Source: an uncultured Anaerolineales bacterium (GTDB lineage: Bacteria > Chloroflexota > Anaerolineae > Aggregatilineales > Aggregatilineaceae). From it: a DNA stretch of 64,000 nt. The stretch covers positions 9,818 to 73,817 of the forward strand of contig CAKZOB010000065.1 in NCBI GenBank assembly GCA_937135955.1. The letters run 5' to 3'. Positions within the stretch are counted from its first letter, which is position 1; each line of letters begins with the position of its first letter. A program made the position numbers and the translations under genes. Below the pieces are notes generated by a model, which worked only from the letters and a program-made list of their open reading frames with translations, ran no database searches and was not told the DNA's origin. Shown here piece by piece: positions 48,250 to 58,458 of this stretch.

Positions 48250-48555
48250 CTACGAGTCGCCTTCGCCCTGCTTGTCTTCTTCTCCTTCGGCCTCGCGCAC
48301 GATCTCGACCCGCACATTGACCAGCAGACCGGCCAGCGCGCTGAGCGCGGCCAGCGTGGGCGCGGCCAGCACCAACACCCCGCCGCCTACCACGCCCACG
48401 GTCAGCGGCACTTCGAGCAAATATTTGCCCTTGGCATCTTTGATGCGCAACCGACGTACGTTGCCCTCGCGGATCAACTCCCGGACGCGCTCGATCAGTT
48501 GCCGTCCCTCGACCTCGAATTCTTCGACCACCGTGCGTTTCTTTTCCTCGCTCAT
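48250..48555 (-). CDS. DUF4342-like small protein
   Basis: FEVEGRQLIERVRELIREGNVRRLRIKD.KGKYLLEVPLTVG, then a hydrophobic segment and an acidic tail. GAGGAG SD. Confidence 0.65.
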   Translation of the reverse strand: MSEEKKRTVVEEFEVEGRQLIERVRELIREGNVRRLRIKDAKGKYLLEVPLTVGVVGGGVLVLAAPTLAALSALAGLLVNVRVEIVREAEGEEDKQGEGDS

Positions 48556-48724
48556 GGTTTACTCCTCGGCATGAGCCTGTTCCAGGCGCGAACCCACCAG
48601 TTCAATAGCTGTCTCTGCCAGGGACAGGGCCTTCAATGCCCGCCCCGCCAACCGAACCGCGCCGATCATGGTCTTGCGCTCTCCTCCGAAGCTCTGCCCA
48701 TAAGACCATACCTCATTCAGATTT

Positions 48725-49064
48725 TTAGCCCTCTTGTTCCAGAAGCACCTGGACTTCACGGCGCAGAATCGGTAGCTTTGTTTCCAGAATATCCCAGACG
48801 ATACGATCATCCACCTGAGCATAGCCATGATATGTTGCAGAAGGCGATGATGCGGCGGCACTCACTGCTGCGCGCCGCCAACGCCTCATCCAGGCGGGAA
48901 AGTTGTGCCAGAGCCTCGCCGATGATCTCAAACTGGCGTTCAACAGCGCTGCGCAGCATGGCGTCTCGCTGGTAATCTTCAAACCGCCTGCCCGCCGTGA
49001 ATTCGGCCACAAGGTCAGCGGCCTGTTGGATGTCGTACAGGTACTTCTTAGCCTTAAGCCGCAT
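48725..49064 (-). pseudogene. HEPN (DUF86) toxin gene, frameshifted and mutated in the RX4-6H motif
   Basis: The N-terminal part is in one frame (MRLKAKKYLYDIQ...RSAVERQFEIIGEA...RRIIAFCNIS-stop). The C-terminal part is in another frame (HGYAQVDDRIVWDILETKLPIL). The frames join near 48830, and Cys occupies the position where the motif Arg is expected. Confidence 0.7.
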
Positions 49065-49377
49065 AGAGCACCCACTCAGCACGCTTAATCGCTTCCAGGA
49101 AATAGGGGTTTTTGATGGCGAATGCCACTACCAGATCCACTTTGCATCCAAAAAGTTCCTCCAGCGCCTCAAGCAGGCCGAAGTATCGATCGACATAGCC
49201 CGTCGAGGGTTCTGGCTCGAACTCGACAAGGAAGTCGAGATCACTCTCCCCTGGCCGGAATTCCCCTGTTACCGCCGAGCCAAAGACTGCCAACCGCTGT
49301 ACTCGAAAACGTTGGCACAAAGCGATCAACTCATCCCGCTGCCGCTCGATTTCGTCAAGCAACCAGGCCCCCTCCAT
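49054..49377 (-). CDS. Minimal nucleotidyltransferase (MNT) antitoxin-type protein
   Basis: Internal ATG at 49377. LAVFGSAVTGEFRPGESDLDFLVEF. Its stop overlaps the HEPN start by 11 nt. Confidence 0.8.
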   Translation of the reverse strand: MEGAWLLDEIERQRDELIALCQRFRVQRLAVFGSAVTGEFRPGESDLDFLVEFEPEPSTGYVDRYFGLLEALEELFGCKVDLVVAFAIKNPYFLEAIKRAEWVLYAA

Positions 49378-49559
49378 AACCAAGACTTCGGATTGCGAAT
49401 GACGGATTGAGAACTGGGTGAAGGCGCTTTTCAAACGCGAACCTCGGCACCAGCATGACGCCATCCAGACCAGCCGTGCTATCCTATCACCGCGTCTCCG
49501 CTGCGATAGTAACCTGCAATATATACGCATGACCGGGCGCTTGGGTCGCGCCCCTGTTG

Positions 49560-50885
49560 CTATGCAGACGCAGCCATGATCGTGTCGTAGAAAGCGGGTA
49601 GCGGCGCTTGCGGTTCTGCACTGACGGTGACCGCCTCCGCGAGGATGACCCGCGCTCGCGCCAGTCGCTCGGCATCATTGGCGTGCACGGTGAACAGCGG
49701 GTCGCCCTTCGCCACCCTGTCGCCCACCTTCTTGTGCACCACCACACCGACTGCCGGATCGATCGTGTCCGTCTTGCGGGCGCGGCCCGCCCCCAGTTCC
49801 AGCGTCGCCTGCGCCACCTTGAGCGCGTTCACCTCCGCCGCGTAGCCGTTTTCTTCAGCGTACAACGGCTCCTGGTAACGCGCCTGTGGCAAGCGCTTCG
49901 GCTCGTCCACCTGACGCACATCGCCGCCCTGTGCCTGTACCAGTTCGCGGAACTTAGCCAGCGCTGCGCCAGAGTCAAGCAAACTTGCCAGTTCGTCCCG
50001 CGTCCTCTGGAAAGCGTCCGGACGGGTATCGCGCCGCCCCAGACGCACCATGTGCGCAGCCACAGTCAGGCAGTGCTCGCGCAGGTCAGCGGGACCGCCG
50101 CCGCGCAGCGCTTCAATGGCTTCGCGCACCTCCAGCGCGTTGCCCACCGCGCAACCCAACGGCTGATTCATGTCGGAAAGCAGCGCCACCATCGCCCGCC
50201 CCGCCCCGACGCCGATATCTACCATGATCTGCGCCAGCGCCCGCGCTTTCTCAACCGTCTTCATGAACGCGCCAGCGCCCACTTTCACGTCCAACACAAT
50301 CGCTTTGGCCCCCGATGCCAGCTTTTTGCTCATGATGCTGCTGGCGATCAGCGGCAGGCTGGGCACCGTGCCCGTCACATCGCGCAGGGCGTAGAGCGCC
50401 CCATCGGCAGGGGCCAGGGTGCGCGTCTGCCCGCAGAGCACGATCCCGTGTTCGCGCACCTGCCGTATGATCTCATCCTCGCTCAGCGCCACCCGATAGC
50501 CCGCAATAGACTCCAGCTTGTCAATGGTGCCGCCGGAGAAGCCCAGGCCGCGCCCGCTCATCTTCGCCACGGGCACGCCCGCCGCCGCGACCAGCGGCGC
50601 GACGACCAGCGTCACCTTGTCGCCCACGCCGCCCGTCGAGTGCTTGTCTACGGCGTACTCGATGGCTTCCGACAGGTCGAGTTGCTCACCGCTCTCGGCC
50701 ATGGCCAGCGTCAGATCGAGCGTCTCGCGCTTGCTCATACCGCGCAGAAACACGGCCATCAGCCAGGCTGCCGCCTGATAATCAGGTATCTCTCCTTTGG
50801 TGAAGCCCTCGATGAACCAGCGAATCTCTTCGGTGCTCAGTTCCAGGCCATCGCGCTTCTTTTCGATGATGTCGGTTGCTCGCAT
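49560..50885 (-). CDS. deoA: Thymidine/pyrimidine-nucleoside phosphorylase
   Basis: Internal ATG at 50885. IIEKKRDG.ELSTEEIRWFIEGFTKGEIPDYQAAAWLMAV; DKHSTGGVGDK; SGRGLGFSGGTIDKLE. Confidence 0.93.
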   Translation of the reverse strand: MRATDIIEKKRDGLELSTEEIRWFIEGFTKGEIPDYQAAAWLMAVFLRGMSKRETLDLTLAMAESGEQLDLSEAIEYAVDKHSTGGVGDKVTLVVAPLVAAAGVPVAKMSGRGLGFSGGTIDKLESIAGYRVALSEDEIIRQVREHGIVLCGQTRTLAPADGALYALRDVTGTVPSLPLIASSIMSKKLASGAKAIVLDVKVGAGAFMKTVEKARALAQIMVDIGVGAGRAMVALLSDMNQPLGCAVGNALEVREAIEALRGGGPADLREHCLTVAAHMVRLGRRDTRPDAFQRTRDELASLLDSGAALAKFRELVQAQGGDVRQVDEPKRLPQARYQEPLYAEENGYAAEVNALKVAQATLELGAGRARKTDTIDPAVGVVVHKKVGDRVAKGDPLFTVHANDAERLARARVILAEAVTVSAEPQAPLPAFYDTIMAASA

Positions 50886-51091
50886 GATCGCAATCCTTAT
50901 CATGATTTCTTGCACAGGTATCGCTGTCGGTGTGTAGTATAGCACGGCCTCCGCTCAGGCCGGGACCCATAGCTTGGAGGCCATTTGATCCCCCCCTCAC
51001 CCCGGCGCTGTGCGCCACCCTTTTCCCTCAATGGGCTGAGGGAAGCTTCTCAAACGGTCTTTGAGCGAACAGAGCACAGGAACACGCCGGG

Positions 51092-51284
51092 AGCGTGCAA
51101 AATGTGACAGACCATTTGCAGCAGTCTGCTGCCCCTCACCTCTCTATCCCCTCTCCCTCGCGACGGCGTCACGGGGCGAGGGGACTTACTTTCTCTCGCC
51201 CAGGTGCCCGCAGCGCGGGAGAAGGAGCTGGGAGATGAGGGTCATCGAGCACGACAAGGTAGCTGACAACCTTTGCCCGCATCC
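51092..51284. mobile_element. MITE-like repeat, full-length (about 193 bp), copy C, inverted relative to copies A and B
   Basis: The reverse complement aligns with copy B along its whole length. Ends are GCGTGCAAAATGTGACAG / CTGACAACCTTTGCCCGC. Flanked by AACACGCCGGG (51081-51091) and AACACGCCAGGG (51285-51296). Confidence 0.75.
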
Positions 51285-51360
51285 AACACGCCAGGGTAAT
51301 CGCATAAACCAGCCAGCAGAACCATGGGCAGAAGTAAGCGCAGTGTGATCTTCTGGTTGA

Positions 51361-51400
51361 CCTCACCCCCGCTCGGCGCTCGCGCGAGGCTGGGGTGAGG
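51361..51400. repeat. GC-rich REP-like hairpin
   Basis: CCTCACCCC...GGGGTGAGG 9-bp outer stem with inner CTCG/CGAG pairing. Confidence 0.5.
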
Positions 51401-51543
51401 TAAAGCGGCAAGCGGTTTAATGCAATCCCCCTGACTCAACACACCAACGCTGTGTGCGAATCGCCTGAAAGCGACTATAATCTGCGCGTCATCTGGCGAC
51501 TGTTCACACTCGACCATAGACAACAACTTTCAGGATTACTGCG

Positions 51544-52437
51544 ATGACCGCCGATCCAATGCACAAGAACGCTTCAAACAAACGCTCTCTGTGGCCACTG
51601 CCCCCCCGCGCGAGCTATCCGGTGGGCAAGACCCGTCGTCAGCGTCAGCAACAGTGGCGGCAACAGTCGAACGGTCTGATCATGGTGCTGGCCGCGACTC
51701 TCATGGCAAGCCTGTTCTTCATCATGGCCAATTGGCGAGAGGGTGGCTCGACCAAGGCAGTGAGCTGCACGACTTTTCCAGAGTTTTGCGTGCCCCTGGC
51801 CGGTGGCTCGGCAGACGCCCCCGCCCTCGAAGCGCCCGGCTCGCGCACCCTCGACGCGAAGAGCACAGCCGCACCAGGCGTCGTGCGCGGTGTAGATGTC
51901 AACGGCATACCCACCATCGGCGATCCCAACGCGCCGGTACACTTCGTCACCGTCTCCGACTACGCCTGCCCGCACTGCCAGGACTACCACGATACTGACC
52001 TGCAGCGCTTCATCAAGGACTATGTGCTCACTGGCCAGGCGACGCTTGGCTTCGTGTTGACCACCGGCACTGGACAGTTCTATTCGGAGACAGCCTCTCA
52101 GGCGGCACTGTGCGCCGGTGAGCAGGGGGCCTTCTGGGAAATGAGCGCCGAGATGTTCCGCCTGGCCCGCGGTCAGCAACTGGCCTCCGCTTTCTCGCTC
52201 AACCAGATTCGCGACTCCGCCGATGCCATGGGGTTGGACGGCCAGGCTATCGTCGCGTGTGTCTCGTCCAATCGCTACGCCTCATTCCTCCGGCAGTTTC
52301 GCGTCTTTGCCAACGATCACGGCGTCACAGGCACGCCCACCACGCTGGTCAGCTATGGCGACTCCAACCGCTGGACGATCGTGCAGCGCGATTACAACAC
52401 ACTCAAACAACTGACCGAAGCCGCGCAGCGCCGGTAA
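51544..52437 (+). CDS. Membrane-anchored DsbA-family thiol:disulfide oxidoreductase
   Basis: N-terminal TM and a thioredoxin-fold CPHC motif (DYACPHCQDYH). Confidence 0.8.
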   Translation: MTADPMHKNASNKRSLWPLPPRASYPVGKTRRQRQQQWRQQSNGLIMVLAATLMASLFFIMANWREGGSTKAVSCTTFPEFCVPLAGGSADAPALEAPGSRTLDAKSTAAPGVVRGVDVNGIPTIGDPNAPVHFVTVSDYACPHCQDYHDTDLQRFIKDYVLTGQATLGFVLTTGTGQFYSETASQAALCAGEQGAFWEMSAEMFRLARGQQLASAFSLNQIRDSADAMGLDGQAIVACVSSNRYASFLRQFRVFANDHGVTGTPTTLVSYGDSNRWTIVQRDYNTLKQLTEAAQRR

Positions 52438-52519
52438 TGCTATCCTGGCCTCCAGAAAACAACGCCCCCTCGGCCTGAGGGGGCGTATGGCTTGCTTTGG
52501 AGACTGCACGCAGTCGATC

Positions 52520-55168
52520 TTAGCCGCCCATCAAATCCTGTTCACCGGTGACAATGGGCAAATTCCGGACATCGTACGTCTGCCCACCACGGGTGATGAT
52601 CAGGTACTGCGCGGCGACCCAGCCATCGAGTTCGCCAGTTCGCGAGGTATAGGTCACCTGCACCCAGGAACCATCGCCGTTGCGCCCGTTGATCACCATG
52701 CTCTCGCCGGCGGGAATGCCCACCACCACGCGCCCGTCCGCGCTGGGACGGTCGCGCAGGTTCAGGTTCGCGCCGGGGTTGAGATTGACGGTGCCAACCA
52801 CCTTTTGCTGCTCCAGGGGGATAACGGGCTGCTGCCCTGGCGCTTCGAAGTAACCGCCTTCGGTCACGTCTACCACCACCAGGTCGGTGAGTTCGTAGGG
52901 ACGGCCCAGCTTGGAGAGCGACACATACTGCGCCGACACCCACCCAACCGTCGCGCTGCCGTCTTCCTGGCGATAGCGCACGTACAGCCAGTAAGGACTG
53001 GTCGGCTGACCTACCAGCCCTTCGCTGGGTGCTTCAGCGTAGCCCAGCACCTCAAGCTGCGCCAGGGCGGGCACCAGCGCCAGCGATTCAGCATCCGTCT
53101 TGGGGAAGCGGCGCAGTTGCAGGCTGACGCCCGGTTGCAGCTCGACGGTCGCAAGCACGGCGTCAAAACGCGGTGTGGGCGGAGTGATGTCCGTGCCGAC
53201 CGCCTCGCCCGGTTGGTTGAAGGGCACTTCGGGCAGCTCCCACAACTCTTCGAGATCGTCCAGCAAGCGGCCTTTCCACTCCACGCGCAGGAACTGTGCC
53301 GCCACCCAGCAACGCAGATAGCCACCCGACGGCGGTTCCCAGCGCACGGAGAGCCACAGGTCTTCGATCGCCTCTACGACCGGCGTCGGTTCCGGCGTCG
53401 CCTCACCCGTCTCTGGCACCAGCGGTTCGCCCGTGCGACCAAGCACCGTCAGCGTTGAGCCGCTGGGGATCAGCCCCAGTGACTTCTTGTCCGCGCCGGG
53501 CAGTTCGCGGCAGTGCAGGTTCGCCCCTGGATTCAGTTCCACATAGGCTACCGGTCCCGCCACTGCGGGGGTCAGGGGAGTCTGGGCAGGCTGTGCTGCG
53601 GCCTCAGCTTCGCCCTGCTGCGGCACCTGTACCAGTTCCGTATCGCCAGCAGGGGCGGGCGTCTCTGCAGGCTGCACCACTTCGCTGCTGGTTTCGGCGG
53701 GGGCCTCGGGGGGCGTCTCTACTGCTGGCGCTGCTTCGGCCTGCCCTTCGGCTGGCTGGACTTCCTCAGCAGGTGGCTGTGTGGCTTCCGGCTGCGGTGT
53801 CGGCTGCTCTGGAGCGGCGACCATCGCTGAAGTGACCTTGGGCAGGCTGGCGGTCGTCACGTTGATCTCCGTCCCTGCCACGCGCGCATCGAACGGCACC
53901 GCCGCCGCGCCGCCCCCGAAGATCAGCACCGAATAGTACACACCGCCATAGTAGGTTTCGGCGGGCACCAGCAGGTCTACCGGCGCTTTAACGCCGCTGA
54001 TGCTCACCAGGATCATGAATTCACCCGCGGGCACGTCTACGGTGCTGCTCTGCAACCCGCTCGCCAAGGCCGATGTCAGCGCCGTCCCGTTCTCGTCGGT
54101 CAACGACACGTCTACCGTCGCGCCGGGCACCGCGTTGATCACCGCCAGGCGCGCCTGTTCCGGCTGAATGCCCTCGATCTGGTCGGGGAAAGCCTGCAAG
54201 GCGAGCGTCCCCGCGCCCACCTCACCGACTGCGACAATGGTCACTGCTGGCGTAGACGGATCGAGTGTCACCTGACTGCTGGCAACCGGCGCATCCGCTG
54301 CAGGACTTCCAGCGGGGCGGGCAGCCAGCGTGTATGTCCCAGCAGGCAGGGCGATATGACCGGTCATTTCGCCCAGAGTCAGGCCCGGTACCAACAGGGT
54401 ATCATTGGCGTAAACGTCTACTGGCGGGGCGTCGGGGCTGCCGTGAGCCACCCGCACGCGGACGGTGTTCTCCGCCCCATTGATGGGAGTCTCCAACACC
54501 AGCGCCGACGGAGCGGTATCGCCTTCCAGCGTGCCGAGCGCCACAAAGGTATAGAGCATCCCGCTCACCAGCGAAACATCGCCAAAGCTGAGGATGGCGC
54601 TCTCTACCGCGCCGCCCGCAGGCACCATCACCAGGTTGCGCGCCCCCGCGCCAATGTTCACTGTGCCAAACTGCACGCCATAGGCGACGCCCTGCAGCAG
54701 CGGACCGCCTTCAGCCGTCAGCAAGTCCAGCGGCGGCGCATCGGCGATGGCGTTGATCGCCGTCAGGCGGGCCAGGCCCAGATCGATCGGATCGAGGACA
54801 TCTTCATAAAGCGCCGCTTGCAAAGACTCCGGCGTCCCCTGGACTACTACAGCGAAGGCCAGGCTGGGCACCAGCGGCACCGCCACCTCGATGAGCGGGG
54901 TTGCGTCGGCGGCAGCGCCACTCACCCGCAGCGCCACCTGATGATCGCCACCGGTCACTTTCAGGTGCGGCGTCACTTCGCCGAAGGCCAGGCCCGTCAC
55001 CGCCAGATTGCCATCCAGATAGACATCTACTGCGGGCGCACCAGGGACGGCGTGCAAAAAGCGCACACGCGACTCGGTCGCCTGGGCCTGCGCTGTACCC
55101 TGCGTCAGCGGTGCCGCCAACGCCAGAGCCAGCAAGACCGCCGTCACGAACCAGAGTTGTCGTTTCAT
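52520..55168 (-). CDS. Large secreted protein with DUF4397-like repeats, a PE/PA-rich linker and three SH3b-like domains
   Basis: Internal ATG at 55168 after GGGAGA. Signal peptide. Repeated RVRFLHAVPGAPAVDVY / RVRVAHGSPDAPPVDVY motifs. C-terminal NPGANL...GWV.AQY repeats. Confidence 0.7.
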   Translation of the reverse strand: MKRQLWFVTAVLLALALAAPLTQGTAQAQATESRVRFLHAVPGAPAVDVYLDGNLAVTGLAFGEVTPHLKVTGGDHQVALRVSGAAADATPLIEVAVPLVPSLAFAVVVQGTPESLQAALYEDVLDPIDLGLARLTAINAIADAPPLDLLTAEGGPLLQGVAYGVQFGTVNIGAGARNLVMVPAGGAVESAILSFGDVSLVSGMLYTFVALGTLEGDTAPSALVLETPINGAENTVRVRVAHGSPDAPPVDVYANDTLLVPGLTLGEMTGHIALPAGTYTLAARPAGSPAADAPVASSQVTLDPSTPAVTIVAVGEVGAGTLALQAFPDQIEGIQPEQARLAVINAVPGATVDVSLTDENGTALTSALASGLQSSTVDVPAGEFMILVSISGVKAPVDLLVPAETYYGGVYYSVLIFGGGAAAVPFDARVAGTEINVTTASLPKVTSAMVAAPEQPTPQPEATQPPAEEVQPAEGQAEAAPAVETPPEAPAETSSEVVQPAETPAPAGDTELVQVPQQGEAEAAAQPAQTPLTPAVAGPVAYVELNPGANLHCRELPGADKKSLGLIPSGSTLTVLGRTGEPLVPETGEATPEPTPVVEAIEDLWLSVRWEPPSGGYLRCWVAAQFLRVEWKGRLLDDLEELWELPEVPFNQPGEAVGTDITPPTPRFDAVLATVELQPGVSLQLRRFPKTDAESLALVPALAQLEVLGYAEAPSEGLVGQPTSPYWLYVRYRQEDGSATVGWVSAQYVSLSKLGRPYELTDLVVVDVTEGGYFEAPGQQPVIPLEQQKVVGTVNLNPGANLNLRDRPSADGRVVVGIPAGESMVINGRNGDGSWVQVTYTSRTGELDGWVAAQYLIITRGGQTYDVRNLPIVTGEQDLMGG

Positions 55169-55290
55169 AATCTCCCTACTCCTCACTATATCCCACCGCG
55201 CCCGTCCCCGCCCGGACGCCCCCATTCTATCGCAGACCCGTCAGCCTACCCAACGCCCCGCCGACGACTGCTCGTCGGCACGCAGAGGGG

Positions 55291-56577
<1,287 letters not shown>

Positions 56578-56604
56578 TCACACTCACTGATTGCGATGTT
56601 AGCA

Positions 56605-57399
56605 TCATCGGCCTCGCTTGAGCGCAGGCCCTTCCAGAAATAGCGCATAGCGCTGGAAACCGAGCTTTTCGTAAACGTGCAGGGCCGGGCTGTTGTCGCA
56701 CCGCACATTGAGCACCACCGTCTCGATGCCGGCGTCGAACGCCGCCCGCGCCACGGCTGCCGTGCACTGCGTACCGTAGCCGCGCCCCCGATAGGCCGGA
56801 TGCGTGAAGACGTTGCCGATCGCGACCACGCCTTCCTGCGGCGACCAGACGTGCGTGCCCGCTGTCGCCACCAGTTGGCCTTCCCGCCACACCCCGAAGA
56901 ACTTCCCTCGCGCGATCTGCGCCGGACTGAAGGCCACCACTTCTTCGCCGGGCGCGGCAGCATAGCGGTACAACGCGGCCAGTTCCCGCGCATGGTGCGG
57001 AGCAACCGGCTGCACGCAGCTCAACGGCGGGGGATCGAAGCGGGCGCGCGACAGCACCATCCGCCATTCTTCGTGCGCGTCCGCCGGGAGTTCGTAGTGC
57101 TCGGCCAGAATAGCAGCGTGCTCCGGCAACCACAGATAGTAGACCTCAACGGGCAAGACGACGCCCGCCAGCAGCGCGCGCAGCCCCTCCGCCGTGCCGA
57201 AAGCTGTCAGCACGGTCGGCTCCAGCCCCCGGTACAGCAGCAGGACGGACTCCAGCACGCCATCTTGCAGCGCCCCGTAAAATTCGCTCTCCGGCCACAG
57301 ATGATCGTCAAGATCGCCCAGGGCATAAGCAGTGAGCCAGCGATCGCGCTCCAGAAAAGCGCGAATCGCCGCGCGACGGGTCAGTCGCTCGACCTGCAT
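56605..57399 (-). CDS. GNAT-family N-acetyltransferase
   Basis: Internal ATG at 57399. IGNVFTHPAYRGRGYGTQCTAAV acetyl-CoA motif. The start overlaps the upstream stop (TGATG). Confidence 0.8.
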   Translation of the reverse strand: MQVERLTRRAAIRAFLERDRWLTAYALGDLDDHLWPESEFYGALQDGVLESVLLLYRGLEPTVLTAFGTAEGLRALLAGVVLPVEVYYLWLPEHAAILAEHYELPADAHEEWRMVLSRARFDPPPLSCVQPVAPHHARELAALYRYAAAPGEEVVAFSPAQIARGKFFGVWREGQLVATAGTHVWSPQEGVVAIGNVFTHPAYRGRGYGTQCTAAVARAAFDAGIETVVLNVRCDNSPALHVYEKLGFQRYALFLEGPALKRGR

Positions 57400-58373
57400 C
57401 ACGCTCCCTCTAGGGTGCTCAGCCAGCCATCCAGCGCCCCATTGTCGTCGAAGACCGTGCGAAAGCGGGCGACGAACTCCGGCAGCGTGTAGTGATGGTT
57501 TTGCGTGCCCTGCTGCTCCAGCACATACGCCGCCGCCACCGACCCGATCCGCCCGCACAGCCCCCAGTCGAAGCTGCAGGCCATCCCTTTGAGTAGCCCT
57601 GCCCGATAGGCATCGCCGACGCCCGTAGGGTCTACCACACGATCTACCGGACACACAGGGATGACAAAACACTCGCCTCCCGCATAGATGCGCGACCCCT
57701 CGCCGCCGTGTGTCACGATGATCGTCTTGCCCACTGCGGTCAGGCGGTCGAGCGTCAGCCCTGTCTTCTTGGCGATCATCTCCCACTCGTACTCGTTGAC
57801 CACCAGCAGGTGACATCGCTCAATGCCGTGCACCAGGAAATCCGCGTCCAGCCAGATCACCTGCTGACTTGGGTCGAACAGGAAGGGGACGCCCGTCCCA
57901 TGGCATTCTTCAGCCAGTTCAGACATAGCCATCGGGTCGTTGGGCGAGATCACCACCAGATCAGGCTTGCCTGGCACTGCTTCCGCCAGCCGATACCCTC
58001 TGGCATAGGCCATTGCGCCCGTATAGAACGACCCGATCTGATTGTTCTCCACATCTGTATTGGCGAAGAAAGAAGCCGTATACACGCCGGGAATGTCGCG
58101 CACCGCCGAGGTATCAACGCCGTGCTGTTCCAGCCAGGCCCGGTACTCGGCGAAGTCCTCGCCCGCCGTCGCCATCAGGATGGGGCGTTCGCCCAACAGG
58201 GCCAGGTTGAAGGCAATGTTGGCCCCCGACCCGCCCCGTTCGCGCGTCAGATGCTCGACTAGAAAGCTCACACTGATCCGGTCGAGCTTGTCGGGGATCA
58301 GATGATCGCGAAACCGACCAGGGAAACGCATCAGATAGTCGAAGGCGATCGAGCCGCTGACGACGATTTTCAT
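57399..58373 (-). CDS. PfkB-family carbohydrate/adenosine kinase
   Basis: Internal ATG at 58373. GGSGANIAFNLALLG; C-terminal DPTGVGDAYRAG. Confidence 0.85.
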   Translation of the reverse strand: MKIVVSGSIAFDYLMRFPGRFRDHLIPDKLDRISVSFLVEHLTRERGGSGANIAFNLALLGERPILMATAGEDFAEYRAWLEQHGVDTSAVRDIPGVYTASFFANTDVENNQIGSFYTGAMAYARGYRLAEAVPGKPDLVVISPNDPMAMSELAEECHGTGVPFLFDPSQQVIWLDADFLVHGIERCHLLVVNEYEWEMIAKKTGLTLDRLTAVGKTIIVTHGGEGSRIYAGGECFVIPVCPVDRVVDPTGVGDAYRAGLLKGMACSFDWGLCGRIGSVAAAYVLEQQGTQNHHYTLPEFVARFRTVFDDNGALDGWLSTLEGA

Positions 58374-58458
58374 GCACACTCCCCTTCCGCAAGACCGCAA
58401 GGCAGGGGAAGTATACCACCGAATTGGGGAGGTGTAAGACTGAATTCTGGCCGCTCGC

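Noticed and set aside
48559-48861. 100-aa ORF overlapping the 3' part of the HEPN pseudogene, and a possible 36-aa ORF (48559-48669) just upstream of the DUF4342 gene.
   Set aside because: The long version overlaps the recognisable HEPN C-terminal frame and has no motif. The short version has no convincing SD. Coding status cannot be judged without comparative data.
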